The notes below the pieces were generated by a model. It had not been told where the DNA came from and searched no databases. It worked only from the letters and a program-made list of their open reading frames with translations. From assembly GCA_022646745.1 (NCBI GenBank), contig CP060262.1, positions 1,920,001 through 1,952,000 of the forward strand: a stretch of 32,000 nt of DNA, written 5' to 3'. This document shows, one piece after another, positions 12,948 to 22,621 of the stretch (position 1 is its first letter; each line of letters begins with the position of its first letter). The translations under genes and the position numbers were made by a program. The stretch comes from Planctomycetales bacterium (GTDB taxonomy: Bacteria; 4484-113; JAFGCY01).

Positions 12948-15824
12948 TTAGTCGTTCGGGTTGCTGCCGACGACCACCAGCTGGTCAGCGCCGGTCCAGG
13001 TGGACTCCTGCGCGCCCCAGAACAGGGTCAGGTCGTAGGTGTTGCCCGGGTCAAGGCTGCCGATCCACTGCGGGCCGGCACCGATCTTGGCGAAGTCCTC
13101 TGCGGTCGGGACGTAGATCGCGAGCACGTTGAAGCCGAGGCTGCCGAGGCCCGCCGCGACGAGGTTGATGTCGCGGACGTGGTTGCCAGCGCCGAAGCGC
13201 AGCTGGGCGTCACCAGCATGGGTGCCGCTGTACTCGAACCACATCACGTCCGGGGTGGCCATGCCGACGTTGTTGCCGTTGAGCACCTTGCTGCTGTAGT
13301 CGCGGTTGGCGAGCTGCAGGTTGCCGCGGGTGCCGTCGTCGGTGATGTTGATGCCCCAGTTGACGCCGCTGATGTCGGTGTCGAACACGAACTCGTTGAT
13401 CACGATGTTGCCGTAGCCGAGGGAGTTCTGGTTGCGGTCGAAGACCTGGAAGCCGTACTCACCCACGTTGAGGGCCAGGATGTCGAGGTCGATGCGGCCG
13501 GTGCGCGGGTTGGCGGTGTTCAGGTTGATCACGCCGAGGTCGGGAGCGTCGAAGGGCACGGACTGGCCGTTAACACCCTGGGCGAAGCGCACGATCGGGG
13601 ACAGCGCGTTGGTGCTGGTCTCCTGGCCGATCGGGAACTCGCTGCCACCGTTGACAAGCATGTCGTTGTAGGCGGCGTAGTCCACCGGGCTGGCGGTCTT
13701 CTCCACGAGGTCGAAGACCACGCTGTCGTCACGGCGGATGTTGCCGGCCGGGAAGAACACGTACAGCATGGAGGTGTCGTCACCAAGCTCGTTGCCCTTC
13801 GGGAAGGTCTCAAGCTCGGTGGCCGGCGGAGCCGGAGTGGCCACGAGGAACTCACCCGGCTTGTTCACGCTGGACCAGGTGCCGCCGACACTCAGGTGCA
13901 GGCCATAGGTGTGGTCCGGGGTGACGTTGAGCTGGGTCATCGCGCTGAAGCCGTAGGGGCCGCCCGGCATTTCGGGATCGCGGATGCTGAACTCGCCGCC
14001 GCCTGCGGGCTCGGCCGGGGAGTAGTCGAACACGATGCTCTCAGCGGGGTCGCTGAAGTCGTACAGCACGAGGCTGACGGTGTCGAGGTTGGCAGGCTCA
14101 CCGGCGCTGCCCCAGAAGAAGGAACCCTGGATGGTGCCGGAGATCGAGCTGTCGAGAGCGTGGTCGCTGTCACCCGTGGTGCCGGCGCTGGTGGTGATGG
14201 ACTGGATCAGGGCCGCCTCGCCATCGGCGGAGACGTCCAGGTTCCAGCTCTTGTTGATCGCATTCGGCACGAAGTCACCGTTCTGCGCGAGGCTGACGGT
14301 GAAGCTGCCCTCGGCGGTGGTGGCGACGGTGCTGTCCGGGTCGTCATCCGGGAACACGGTGCCGCTGGCGCCGGTCGCGGTGGCGGTGAACTCAAGCACG
14401 CCGTCCCAGGTGCTGTGGAAGTCGTTGAAGCTGCTGTCACCGGCGGTGCTGGAGCTCCAGCCGAGGGCACTGACGACGGCCGCGAGGGCGTCATCGTAGT
14501 CCTGCTGGTCCATGCCGGCCAGGTCAGCGGAGGTGAAGGCGGTCTCGGGGCTGCCGTCGCCGTCCTGGTCCCAGGAGCCGGAGATGCCGGTCACGTCGAA
14601 GTTGTAGCTGCCGTTGGCAGGCCAGTTGAAGGTGTCGCTGCCATCGGGGGTCTGCTCGTTGTCAGACTCGTCGGTGATCGTCACGTCGAAGTCGGTGACC
14701 TCGATGCCGTTCACGCCGCTGGCGACATAGGTCACTGCGGTCGGGCTGACGCTCAGCGGGCCGTTGGCGCCGCTGCCGGTGCTGCGGGCCGCCACGAAGA
14801 CGGTGCCGTCAGCGTTGGTGTCAGCTGCCTGCACCTGGGCCATCGTGATCTCGCCGTTCCAGTGCATCCACACGCCGCTCCAGTCAGTGGTGCTGGTGCC
14901 GGTGGAAGCGCTGGGGGCTGAGCCGCTGCTCCAGGTGTGGGTGGCAACGACGGTCTCGCTGCCGCTGAAGGTATCGCTGTCGCCGAGCAGCACCTCGATC
15001 GCGGAAGTGCTCTCACCGAGGTGCACTGCCAGCGGGGTGATGTCGGAGATGTTGACACTGGTGTTGTAGTCGTAATCGGCCTTGGCGCCGCTGAAGTCGG
15101 AGTCGCCGACGGTCTTGCCCAGCAGGATGCCCAGCGGGGTGATGTCGCCGATGTTGGACTCGCCGTCCTGGTTGCCGTCGCCGCCGGCGAAGGCGCCCCA
15201 GAACATGTAGTCAGCCGGGGTGCTGTCACTGACGGTGCTGTTGCCGAACTGGAAGGTGCTCCAGGGGCTGGACAGCGTGGAGCTGCCCTCGCCGTAGGCG
15301 AAGATCACCGCATTGCTGTGGCCGTCGCCGGCAGCGCTCTGGGCACGCATCGGGCCGTTCTCGAACTCGATGCGGGCGAAGCTGCCGCTGAAGGGAACAC
15401 TGTTGTCAGCGTCAACCTGGCCGATGGCCACGATGCCGGGCTGGTTGAATGAGGACAGTTCCACATCGGACTCCAGCAGGCCGCTGAAGCTGGCGGAAAC
15501 GGGGCTCATGCGGTCGGCATCGTAATGCAGGTCAAGCGCCACACTGGCGTGCGCCGCATCGTCCATGATGCTGATTTCCACAACGGTTTTCGTGCCCTCG
15601 CTGAAGCTCCGCAGATCAATGCTGGAGTTGAGCGAGCTGTCACGGTAGCCGCGGTCGTTGTACCTGACTGCCTTGAAATCGCCCTCGCTCACGCCGATGA
15701 ACGTGTCAACCGGCGCGAGTTCCATGTCGGAATTCATTGCTGAACCGCCGCCACAGGAAACCAGGCCCGCAATCAGGGCAGCCATTGCCATAAGCAACAG
15801 TGCCGTATGTCTGGGATACTTCAT
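12948..15824 (-). CDS. Large surface lipoprotein with cohesin-like N-terminal module and dockerin-like Ca-loop pair
   Basis: 958 aa. Signal plus lipobox LVSC (Cys24). SD GGTGGAGA. aa ~75-160 are cohesin-like (VVEISIMDDAAHASVALDLHYDADRMSPVSASFSG...FARIEFE). aa 214-270 are two dockerin-like loops plus helices (DGNQDGESNIGDITPLGILLG; DYDYNTSVNISDITPLAVHLG). The remainder is T/S/D/G-rich beta-type sequence. Confidence 0.85.
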   Translation of the reverse strand: MKYPRHTALLLMAMAALIAGLVSCGGGSAMNSDMELAPVDTFIGVSEGDFKAVRYNDRGYRDSSLNSSIDLRSFSEGTKTVVEISIMDDAAHASVALDLHYDADRMSPVSASFSGLLESDVELSSFNQPGIVAIGQVDADNSVPFSGSFARIEFENGPMRAQSAAGDGHSNAVIFAYGEGSSTLSSPWSTFQFGNSTVSDSTPADYMFWGAFAGGDGNQDGESNIGDITPLGILLGKTVGDSDFSGAKADYDYNTSVNISDITPLAVHLGESTSAIEVLLGDSDTFSGSETVVATHTWSSGSAPSASTGTSTTDWSGVWMHWNGEITMAQVQAADTNADGTVFVAARSTGSGANGPLSVSPTAVTYVASGVNGIEVTDFDVTITDESDNEQTPDGSDTFNWPANGSYNFDVTGISGSWDQDGDGSPETAFTSADLAGMDQQDYDDALAAVVSALGWSSSTAGDSSFNDFHSTWDGVLEFTATATGASGTVFPDDDPDSTVATTAEGSFTVSLAQNGDFVPNAINKSWNLDVSADGEAALIQSITTSAGTTGDSDHALDSSISGTIQGSFFWGSAGEPANLDTVSLVLYDFSDPAESIVFDYSPAEPAGGGEFSIRDPEMPGGPYGFSAMTQLNVTPDHTYGLHLSVGGTWSSVNKPGEFLVATPAPPATELETFPKGNELGDDTSMLYVFFPAGNIRRDDSVVFDLVEKTASPVDYAAYNDMLVNGGSEFPIGQETSTNALSPIVRFAQGVNGQSVPFDAPDLGVINLNTANPRTGRIDLDILALNVGEYGFQVFDRNQNSLGYGNIVINEFVFDTDISGVNWGINITDDGTRGNLQLANRDYSSKVLNGNNVGMATPDVMWFEYSGTHAGDAQLRFGAGNHVRDINLVAAGLGSLGFNVLAIYVPTAEDFAKIGAGPQWIGSLDPGNTYDLTLFWGAQESTWTGADQLVVVGSNPND

Positions 15825-16124
15825 TTCTCCACCTTACGGGATTGAATTGAACAATAAGGAGGCAAGGTGAACGAAAGGAGCTTTTTACTCCCAAACGCTT
15901 CTGTGCATGTCCTGTACCGGATAGCCAAAACTCACCCGCACTCACTCTGTATGTGCCCGAATACTAACAGAACAAAGGAAACAGTCACTACATTTAGTTC
16001 GCACTTAACGGGGCTTCACACGGAGTTTACCGGGGCTGCAATCCGGGCTTGATAGGGCCTCAGGGTGTGTGCGATGATAGGAAACGCGCAATCCCCGCGC
16101 GACCCTCACAATCCGGACCAGTCA

Positions 16125-19100
16125 ATGAAAGCGTGCAGAGTATTTGTCAGTGTCCTGCTCCTGATCCTGGGCATCGGCAGCCAGGCCATGGCAGCCCGCG
16201 AGGCCCGCAGCATGTCCCGTCCCGAAATCAGCGCGGACGGGCAGACGGTGTACTTCTCCTGCTGGGGAGACATCTGGGCGGCACCGCGTGACGGCAACAG
16301 CCCGGCGCGCAGGCTGAGCGCCAATGTGGCCTATGACACCGGCCCGATGCTCTCGCCGGACGGCCTGACGATCGCCTTCAACTCCAACCGCTTCGGCAAC
16401 TGGGACATCTTTACGATGCCGGTGCAGGGTGGCCCGCCGACCAGGCTGACCTTCGACAGCACCAGTGACTATATCGGCGACTGGAATGCGGACGGCAGCG
16501 GCATCCTCGAATTTGCCCGCTATGACCAGCTATGGGACAACTCGATGTTCGAGGTGCCACTGGATGCCGGCACCCCGCGGCGGGTGAGCAATGATGACCA
16601 TGACGGGCATGTCTATGGACGCTACGTGCCGGGCGGCAGCCTGATCGCCTACTGCCGCGAGCCCGGCAGCTGGTCGCGCAAGAACTACCACGGCACATTC
16701 GCGTATGACATATATACATATGACACGGCTACCGGTGTGCACAGCCAGCTCACCGACTACGACGGCCAGGACTGCTGGCCGCTGCCCAGCCCGGACGGCA
16801 AGCTGATCTACTTCGTCAGCGACCGCAGCGGGGACGAGAACCTGTGGGTGATGAACACCGACGGCAGCGGGCTCAGGCAACTGACGCAGCTGAAGAAGAA
16901 TGGCCCGCGCTGGCCGCAGCTGAGCGCCGATGGCGATGAGATCATCTACGAGAAGATGGGCCAGCTGTTCGTGCTGCCCACGGCCGGCGGCACGCCGGAG
17001 CGCATCAGCGTGAGCTTCTCTGACGACCCGGCACGCGAGATGGTGGAGGAGCAGACCTTCCGCGGTGATGTCGGTGAGTACAAGCTGTCCCCGAATGGCA
17101 ACTACTTCGCTTTGGTGGTCAGCGGTGACATCTACATCCTGAAGAACCCGGACAGCTACAAGGAGGATGAGAAGCCCGACCAGGACCTCTCACAGGCCTT
17201 CCATGTGGTGGAGACCCCGGCGCGTGAGATGAGCATCGACTGGCTGCCTGACAGCAAGCGCCTGGTCTATCTCTCGGACCGCAATGATCAGTTCGACGTC
17301 TACATGCTCAACCTCGACACGATGGAGGAGACCCGCCTGACGGACACGCCGGGCGACGAGGTCGGCGTGGATGCTGCGCCGGTCGGCAGCAAGGTGATGT
17401 GGTACGGCGACAAGTTCAGCCTCGTGATGCATGACGTTGACAGCGGGGACGAGCAGGTCGTGCACAGCGGGCGGATCTTCGGCATCACCAGCGGGCTGGG
17501 CTTCGAGTGGAGCCCGGACGCGAAGTGGATCAGCTTCGTCGAGACCTATTACGACGGCGTTGACAACGCCTTCATCATGAACCTCGAGGACCGCCAGCCG
17601 ATCGACATCTCGCGCAGCCCCGATGGCAACTCATGTCCGCAGTGGAGCCCGGACGGCAAGTGGCTGGCCTTCGGCGAGGGTGAGGGCTTCGGCGAGGTCT
17701 ACATGCCCTACTACCCTGGCCTGTCCGCCGGCAGCGAGGTGATGCTGATCGAGCTGGACCCGGAGCAGGACGAGTACGACATGGACCTGCTGTTCGAGGA
17801 AGACATGCCAAAGCCGGAGCCGATCGAGGAGGAGAAGGCTGAGGGCGATGCCAAGCCGGACGACAAGGCTGATGCTGGCAAGCAGGACGAGAAGCCGGCT
17901 GACAAGGAAAAGGACGAGAAGGACAAGGATGTGCCCGAGGTGGTGATCAGGCTGGACCGCATTGACGAGCGGGCCTACCCGATCCGCCGCAATGAGGGTG
18001 GGGCGCGCGGGCCGCTGTTCTCGCCGGATGGCAAGTACCTGATCTACACCACGCGCCACGATGGCGACGTCGAGTGGTGGACCTATGAGCTGGAGAAGCG
18101 TGACATCGCGCGACTTGACAGCGGACGCAAGGGCAGCCCGCAGTTCACCAAGGACGGCAAGCGCATCTACTTCAACGAGGGTGGCAACATCAGCTACCTC
18201 GACATGCGTGGCAGCAAGTCCAGCGGCGGTGGCCGGGTGGCAACGACCTGCACGCAGGTGATCGACCGCTACGAGCGCTGGGACCAGATGCTGGTGGAGG
18301 GCTGGCGCGCGCTGAAGTACTACTTCTACGACCCGGACATGATGGGCGTGGACTGGGACGACGTACTGAGGCGCTACCGCCCGCGCGTGCAGGAGGTCGG
18401 CACCTTCACGGAGTACGGCACTCTGTACCGCGAGATGATCGACGAGCTGGGCGCTTCGCACATGGGCTACTACGTGCGCGGCAGCGAGCAGGAGGCACCG
18501 TCCGACAGCACGGCGGAACTTGGCGTGCTGTATGACGATGGCTTCGCCGGCCCGGGCTGGCGGATCCTCGGCATTGTCAGCGACGGCCCGGCGGACCGGG
18601 ATGCCAGCCGGCTGTACCCCGGTGACGTGATCCTCTCGATCGATGGTGAGAGCCTCAATGCCCAGAGCAACCGCGGCCGGATCCTCAACAATAAGTCCGG
18701 CCAGCCGCTGCGCCTCGAGGTTGCCAACGGTGACGCAGCGCGTGAAACGCTCGGTGACGATGCGGGTGAGACACGCACGGTCGACCTGAAGCCGGCTGGC
18801 GGGATGCGCGGACTGCACTACCGTGACTGGGTACGTGACAACCGTGATACGGTGGACCGCGAAAGTGGCGGGCGGATCGCCTACCAGCACATCCAGGGCA
18901 TGAACATGTCCAGCCTGATCCAGTTCCGCAAGGAGCTGTACGCCGACAGCTACAAAAAGGACGCGCTGATCATCGACGTGCGCTTCAACGGCGGTGGCTC
19001 CACCAGCGTGGAGATCATGGAGATGCTGACCCGCCAGGCCGCCTACTGGCGCCAGCTGCCCGGCGCGGAACGCAAGGAGGCGGCACGCCAGCTGATGTGG

Positions 19101-19427
19101 GAGGGCCCGATCGTGGTGCTGATCAACCCGCACAGCTACAGCAATGCGGAGATCTTCGCGCACATCATGAAGGACCACAAGATCGCCACGGTGATCGGCG
19201 AAACCACCGGTGGCAACGTGATCTCCACCGGGGGCTACGGCCTGGTGGACGGCAGCTTCCTGCGCATGCCGGGCTACCTCAACATGAAGTACGACGGCAC
19301 GGATATGGAAGGCAACGGCTGTGTGCCGGACATCATGGTGCCGATCGACCCGATGCAGCTGGCGGAAGGCGTTGACAACCAGCTGGAGGCCGCGATCGGA
19401 TTCCTGCTGGACGAGCTTGGCAACTGA
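16125..19427 (+). CDS. Tricorn protease homologue (PD40/beta-propellers + PDZ + S41 peptidase), with signal peptide
   Basis: 1100 aa from ATG 16125 (MKACRVFVSVLLLILGIGSQAMA, AXA cleavage-type signal). TolB/PD40-like repeats (PEISADGQTVYFS, LSPDGLTIAFNSNR, PSPDGKLIYFVSDRSGDENLW, WSPDGKWLAF, FSPDGKYLIYT). PDZ-like segment (GDVILSIDGESL). S41 core (ALIIDVRFNGGGSTS...IVVLINPHSYSNAEIF). The track start 16065 (GTG) adds 20 non-signal residues. Confidence 0.88.
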   Translation: MKACRVFVSVLLLILGIGSQAMAAREARSMSRPEISADGQTVYFSCWGDIWAAPRDGNSPARRLSANVAYDTGPMLSPDGLTIAFNSNRFGNWDIFTMPVQGGPPTRLTFDSTSDYIGDWNADGSGILEFARYDQLWDNSMFEVPLDAGTPRRVSNDDHDGHVYGRYVPGGSLIAYCREPGSWSRKNYHGTFAYDIYTYDTATGVHSQLTDYDGQDCWPLPSPDGKLIYFVSDRSGDENLWVMNTDGSGLRQLTQLKKNGPRWPQLSADGDEIIYEKMGQLFVLPTAGGTPERISVSFSDDPAREMVEEQTFRGDVGEYKLSPNGNYFALVVSGDIYILKNPDSYKEDEKPDQDLSQAFHVVETPAREMSIDWLPDSKRLVYLSDRNDQFDVYMLNLDTMEETRLTDTPGDEVGVDAAPVGSKVMWYGDKFSLVMHDVDSGDEQVVHSGRIFGITSGLGFEWSPDAKWISFVETYYDGVDNAFIMNLEDRQPIDISRSPDGNSCPQWSPDGKWLAFGEGEGFGEVYMPYYPGLSAGSEVMLIELDPEQDEYDMDLLFEEDMPKPEPIEEEKAEGDAKPDDKADAGKQDEKPADKEKDEKDKDVPEVVIRLDRIDERAYPIRRNEGGARGPLFSPDGKYLIYTTRHDGDVEWWTYELEKRDIARLDSGRKGSPQFTKDGKRIYFNEGGNISYLDMRGSKSSGGGRVATTCTQVIDRYERWDQMLVEGWRALKYYFYDPDMMGVDWDDVLRRYRPRVQEVGTFTEYGTLYREMIDELGASHMGYYVRGSEQEAPSDSTAELGVLYDDGFAGPGWRILGIVSDGPADRDASRLYPGDVILSIDGESLNAQSNRGRILNNKSGQPLRLEVANGDAARETLGDDAGETRTVDLKPAGGMRGLHYRDWVRDNRDTVDRESGGRIAYQHIQGMNMSSLIQFRKELYADSYKKDALIIDVRFNGGGSTSVEIMEMLTRQAAYWRQLPGAERKEAARQLMWEGPIVVLINPHSYSNAEIFAHIMKDHKIATVIGETTGGNVISTGGYGLVDGSFLRMPGYLNMKYDGTDMEGNGCVPDIMVPIDPMQLAEGVDNQLEAAIGFLLDELGN

Positions 19428-19701
19428 TCAGCCGGACAGCCGGATTCTGCTGAACCTGCTTTTGAGCGGCAGTTAACCGCGTTCAAATCCACGCGCCTGT
19501 CAAATCCGGTAACATTCCCGCAAACAGGATTTGTACTGGAAGTCAGAAGGCTGACAGGCAGTCCCGGGAGTATGTTGGCAACGGCCGGACCCGCGACCCG
19601 GCCGTGCAGTGGCGCGCAGGCATTCGCAGACGCAACAGTCGTCCAGGCCCGGATGGGCAGCCCACACAGACGGGCAGATCATTTACTGGGAGAAAACTCG
19701 A

Positions 19702-20070
19702 ATGAAGAAGTTCCTCACCGGCGCAATGCTGGTCCTTTCCGCCGCGATCATCATCACGAGCCTTGCCTTCGCGCAGGGTAGCCCCAACGAGCCGCCCGTG
19801 GCCGGCATCAATGATGTGATCATCATCATCAACGGCCGGGACAACGATGACAAGAAGAGCGTTGACGGGACCCCGAGCTATGACCTCGACGGCGAGGTCG
19901 TGCACTACCGCTGGGACCTCGATGGCAACGGCAGCTTCGAGACCGACACGGGCGATGTGCCGCGCGCCGAGGTCGGTTTCACTGAACCGGGCCAGTACTG
20001 GGTCGGCCTGCAGGTGACCGATGACGACGGTGAGACCAACACCCAGTACTCCTGGGTGACCCTTGAGTAG
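19702..20070 (+). CDS. Small secreted PKD-domain protein
   Basis: 122 aa from ATG 19702, with SD GGGAGAA upstream. Signal peptide MKKFLTGAMLVLSAAIIITSLAFAQG. PKD-like core DGTPSYDLDGEVVHYRWDLDGNGSFE...VGLQVTDDDGET. Confidence 0.75.
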   Translation: MKKFLTGAMLVLSAAIIITSLAFAQGSPNEPPVAGINDVIIIINGRDNDDKKSVDGTPSYDLDGEVVHYRWDLDGNGSFETDTGDVPRAEVGFTEPGQYWVGLQVTDDDGETNTQYSWVTLE

Positions 20071-20197
20071 CTGATCAATTACCGCGCTCTGCATGGCGGG
20101 CCCGCCGGCCGGTGGGTCCGCCGTGCCCGCTGGCACGATTCCCCGCGCTAGAATTCTTCCACTAAGCGCATGCCCCAGGCATGCCCAGTTGGAGAGA

Positions 20198-21745
20198 ATG
20201 ATGCGTAGAAGCTTCCTGATGACGGTCCTGCTTATGGTGTCCGCGATCCTCCTGCTCAGTGCCCCGGCACTGGCGGAGGAACTGAACCTCGGCATCGTGA
20301 GCAGCAATGACAGCCATGGGCACATCATGCCCTTCAGCCTCAACGGTGAGCCGGGCTGGGGCGGGATGGCCCGGCGCCGCGTGGCGATCCAGACGGCCCG
20401 CGCCGACACCGACTACTACTGGATGGTGCTGGACGCCGGTGACGTGTTCCAGGGCACGCCGATCTCCAACATGCTGACCGGTTTCCTCGACATCGAGTGC
20501 ATGAACCAGATGGGCTATGACGCGATGTGCCTCGGGAACCATGAGTTCGACTTCGGCTACGACCTGATCCGCGGCCGCATGCCGGACGCCAACTTCCCGA
20601 TGCTGTCCTGCAACGTGATCGACAAGGAACGCGGCACCAGTGTCGGCGAGCCCTACCACATCTTCCGGCGCGGCGACTACCGTATCGGCGTGATCGGCTT
20701 GACGACGCAGACCCTGCTGGGTGAGACCAACCCGCGCGTGGCGGACTACGTGGATGTCTACGACCCGGTGCCGATCGTGCGCTCGCTGGCACAGTACCTG
20801 CGCAGCATCGGCGTTGACATCGTGATCGCCGTCGGGCATCAGGGCTACGGCCGCGACCAGGCAATGGCCGAGGCGATCCCCGAGCTGGACGTGATCGTCG
20901 GCGGGCATACCCATACCAAGCTCGATGAGCCGGACCGCGTCGGTGACGTGGTCATCACTCAGAGCTGGGAGTGGGGCAAGCAGATCGGCGTACTGAAGCT
21001 GAACTTCGAGCGTGACAGCGAGGACGAGCGCTTCCGGCTGGCCTCATACGAGAACGAGTACGTGCCGATGAGCCCGGACAAGCCCGAGGACGACGGCATG
21101 AAGGCCTTTATCGCGGACTACGACCAGCGCTTCTCCAAGGAGATGGACCGCTTCGTCTGCACCGCGCTGCAGGACTTCCCGGTGGACGAGGTGCGCATTC
21201 GCGAGAACGCACTGGCTGACATGATCGCCGACAGCATGCGCCAGGCAACCGAGGCCGACGTGGCCTACTTCAACGGTGGCAACTTCCGTGCCGGGCTGGA
21301 AGCCGGTGAGGTGAACTTCGGCGACCTGTACGGCGTACTGCCCTATGACAACTTCCTGATGAAGGTCCCGATGCCGGGCTGGAAGCTGATCGAAATCCTC
21401 GAGCATGCCGGCCTGCAGTACGGTGACGGTGGCTTCCCGCAGGTCAGCGGACTGCGCCTGCGCTATGAGGACATGAACCTCGTCAGCGCACAGGTGCTGC
21501 GCGGCGGGGAGTACGTTGACATTGACCCGAATGAGCAGTACCTGTTCCTGACAACGGACTTCATGGCGATCGGCGGTGACGGCTTCCCGATGGACGAGGA
21601 CCCCTATGGCCCGGGCTACACCGGCATGGAGCAGCGCTCGACCTTCGCGCAGTGGGCCTCCCAGCAGCGTGAGCTGTCCTGGCAAACCGACGGCCGCGTG
21701 GTGTTCGACTGGGTGAACATGGAGGACCCGGGCATCGCGGACTAG
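20198..21745 (+). CDS. Secreted bifunctional metallophosphatase / 5'-nucleotidase family protein
   Basis: 515 aa from ATG 20198, with SD GGAGAGA. Signal peptide MMRRSFLMTVLLMVSAILLLSAPALA. Metallophosphatase motifs NDSHGH, DAGD, GNHEFD and GGHTH. C-terminal 5'-nucleotidase-type domain. Confidence 0.88.
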   Translation: MMRRSFLMTVLLMVSAILLLSAPALAEELNLGIVSSNDSHGHIMPFSLNGEPGWGGMARRRVAIQTARADTDYYWMVLDAGDVFQGTPISNMLTGFLDIECMNQMGYDAMCLGNHEFDFGYDLIRGRMPDANFPMLSCNVIDKERGTSVGEPYHIFRRGDYRIGVIGLTTQTLLGETNPRVADYVDVYDPVPIVRSLAQYLRSIGVDIVIAVGHQGYGRDQAMAEAIPELDVIVGGHTHTKLDEPDRVGDVVITQSWEWGKQIGVLKLNFERDSEDERFRLASYENEYVPMSPDKPEDDGMKAFIADYDQRFSKEMDRFVCTALQDFPVDEVRIRENALADMIADSMRQATEADVAYFNGGNFRAGLEAGEVNFGDLYGVLPYDNFLMKVPMPGWKLIEILEHAGLQYGDGGFPQVSGLRLRYEDMNLVSAQVLRGGEYVDIDPNEQYLFLTTDFMAIGGDGFPMDEDPYGPGYTGMEQRSTFAQWASQQRELSWQTDGRVVFDWVNMEDPGIAD

Positions 21746-21857
21746 GTTGATCTGCCGTCTCATGCGAGCATTCGACGGTCTGGCGCTGCGGCTGCGCATT
21801 CGCGCATCCGGGTCGCGCTGGAGTTGAATGCTTTCATTATCCAGATGAAGAAGAGAT

Positions 21858-22038
21858 GGGTAGCGGTGGCGCCTTGCGCCAATTGAAAGGGCATCTCCCA
21901 AAGTAATGTGACATTTCCAGATTTCGCAATACCTGCCAGATCAGGTTGAAAGCAAGCGCGATATTCCCTTATCCGGAATGTCAGGTTCGGACTGGTGATG
22001 CAATCTCTCTCAGTTGGCGCAAGGCGCCACCGCTACCC
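21858..22038. repeat. 181-bp element bounded by perfect 25-bp inverted repeats (MITE-like or long hairpin)
   Basis: gggtagcggtggcgccttgcgccaa (21858-21882) is the exact reverse complement of ttggcgcaaggcgccaccgctaccc (22014-22038). The match extends to 29 bp with one mismatch. The interior (~130 nt) is AT-richer and has further imperfect pairing (gtgacatttcc / ggaatgtca). It lies between convergent gene ends. Confidence 0.85.
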
Positions 22039-22093
22039 TGAATCGTGTATGTATCAGGAACGGGAATAAGGCTGTGGCAAGCGCGGGCCTGGC

Positions 22094-22621
22094 TCAGTCG
22101 TCATCATCGTCGTCATGGCCGCGCCGCTCGCCTTGCATGGCGGGGGCAGCGCCTGAGCTGACGGGCAGCAGGCCATCGCCGCGGATCTCCGGGTGCGATA
22201 TCTTGCCGCCGAGGTTGGCGGTCAGCGCGAACAGCACACAGGCCGCCAGTGAGACCAGCAGCGCCAGTCCGGTGGACCAGCCGGGGTACTGCTCGCGGCC
22301 GCGGCCGGCGAGCAGTGCAATGATTGCCAGGATCCCTCCGGCCAGTCCGGCGATGCGCGCGATGTCCGCCATTTCCTCATGCTCGTGGATCGCCGGCTCG
22401 CTCACATTGGGCTGGTGTTCCACCATATGCTCCGCCGGCTCACCGCTGAGGTACACCGGTACGGTGAAGATGCCGACGGCCAGCAGCGTTGCCAGGCCGG
22501 CCGAGAACAGCGCACGGCTGCGGAAGCTGAAGCCGCCGCCGAGAAGCAGTAGCGCGAACACACTGCCGATCACCGGGATGTGGTTGAGCATTAGGTGCAG
22601 GTGGGCCTGGTTGATCTGCAT
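22094..22621 (-). CDS. Hypothetical four-TM membrane protein, His-rich, poly-Asp tail
   Basis: 175 aa. Strong SD AAGGAG. N-terminus HLHLMLNHIPVIG. Four hydrophobic helices. A loop HMVEHQPNVSEPAIHEHEE. C-terminus GHDDDDDD. It loosely resembles DUF2231-type proteins from memory. Confidence 0.7.
   Translation of the reverse strand: MQINQAHLHLMLNHIPVIGSVFALLLLGGGFSFRSRALFSAGLATLLAVGIFTVPVYLSGEPAEHMVEHQPNVSEPAIHEHEEMADIARIAGLAGGILAIIALLAGRGREQYPGWSTGLALLVSLAACVLFALTANLGGKISHPEIRGDGLLPVSSGAAPAMQGERRGHDDDDDD

Noticed and set aside
12684-14921. 745-aa plus-strand ORF.
   Set aside because: It is antisense to the 958-aa lipoprotein gene. It starts inside the heptamer repeat tract and is low-complexity (runs of A, G, V, D, E, H). 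The minus strand has signal peptide, lipobox, SD and domain-like motifs.
16065-16124. GTG 16065 or ATG 16074 as the tricorn start.
   Set aside because: The extra 17-20 residues are polar and would bury the otherwise canonical signal peptide that begins at ATG 16125. This is not excluded, because 16125 lacks an obvious SD.
17631-19178. 515-aa minus-strand ORF.
   Set aside because: It is antisense to the tricorn homologue, which has unambiguous PD40, PDZ and S41 motifs. This is a shadow ORF.
20095-20106. The perfect palindrome GGCGGGCCCGCC after the PKD gene as a terminator.
   Set aside because: It has no loop and no U-tract. A 12-bp GC palindrome is not unusual at this G+C content.
19543-21901. 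288-aa (19543-20409), 250-aa (20162-20914) and 285-aa (21044-21901) minus-strand ORFs.
   Set aside because: They overlap the PKD and 5'-nucleotidase genes on the opposite strand. They have no motifs and high-GC shadow-ORF composition.
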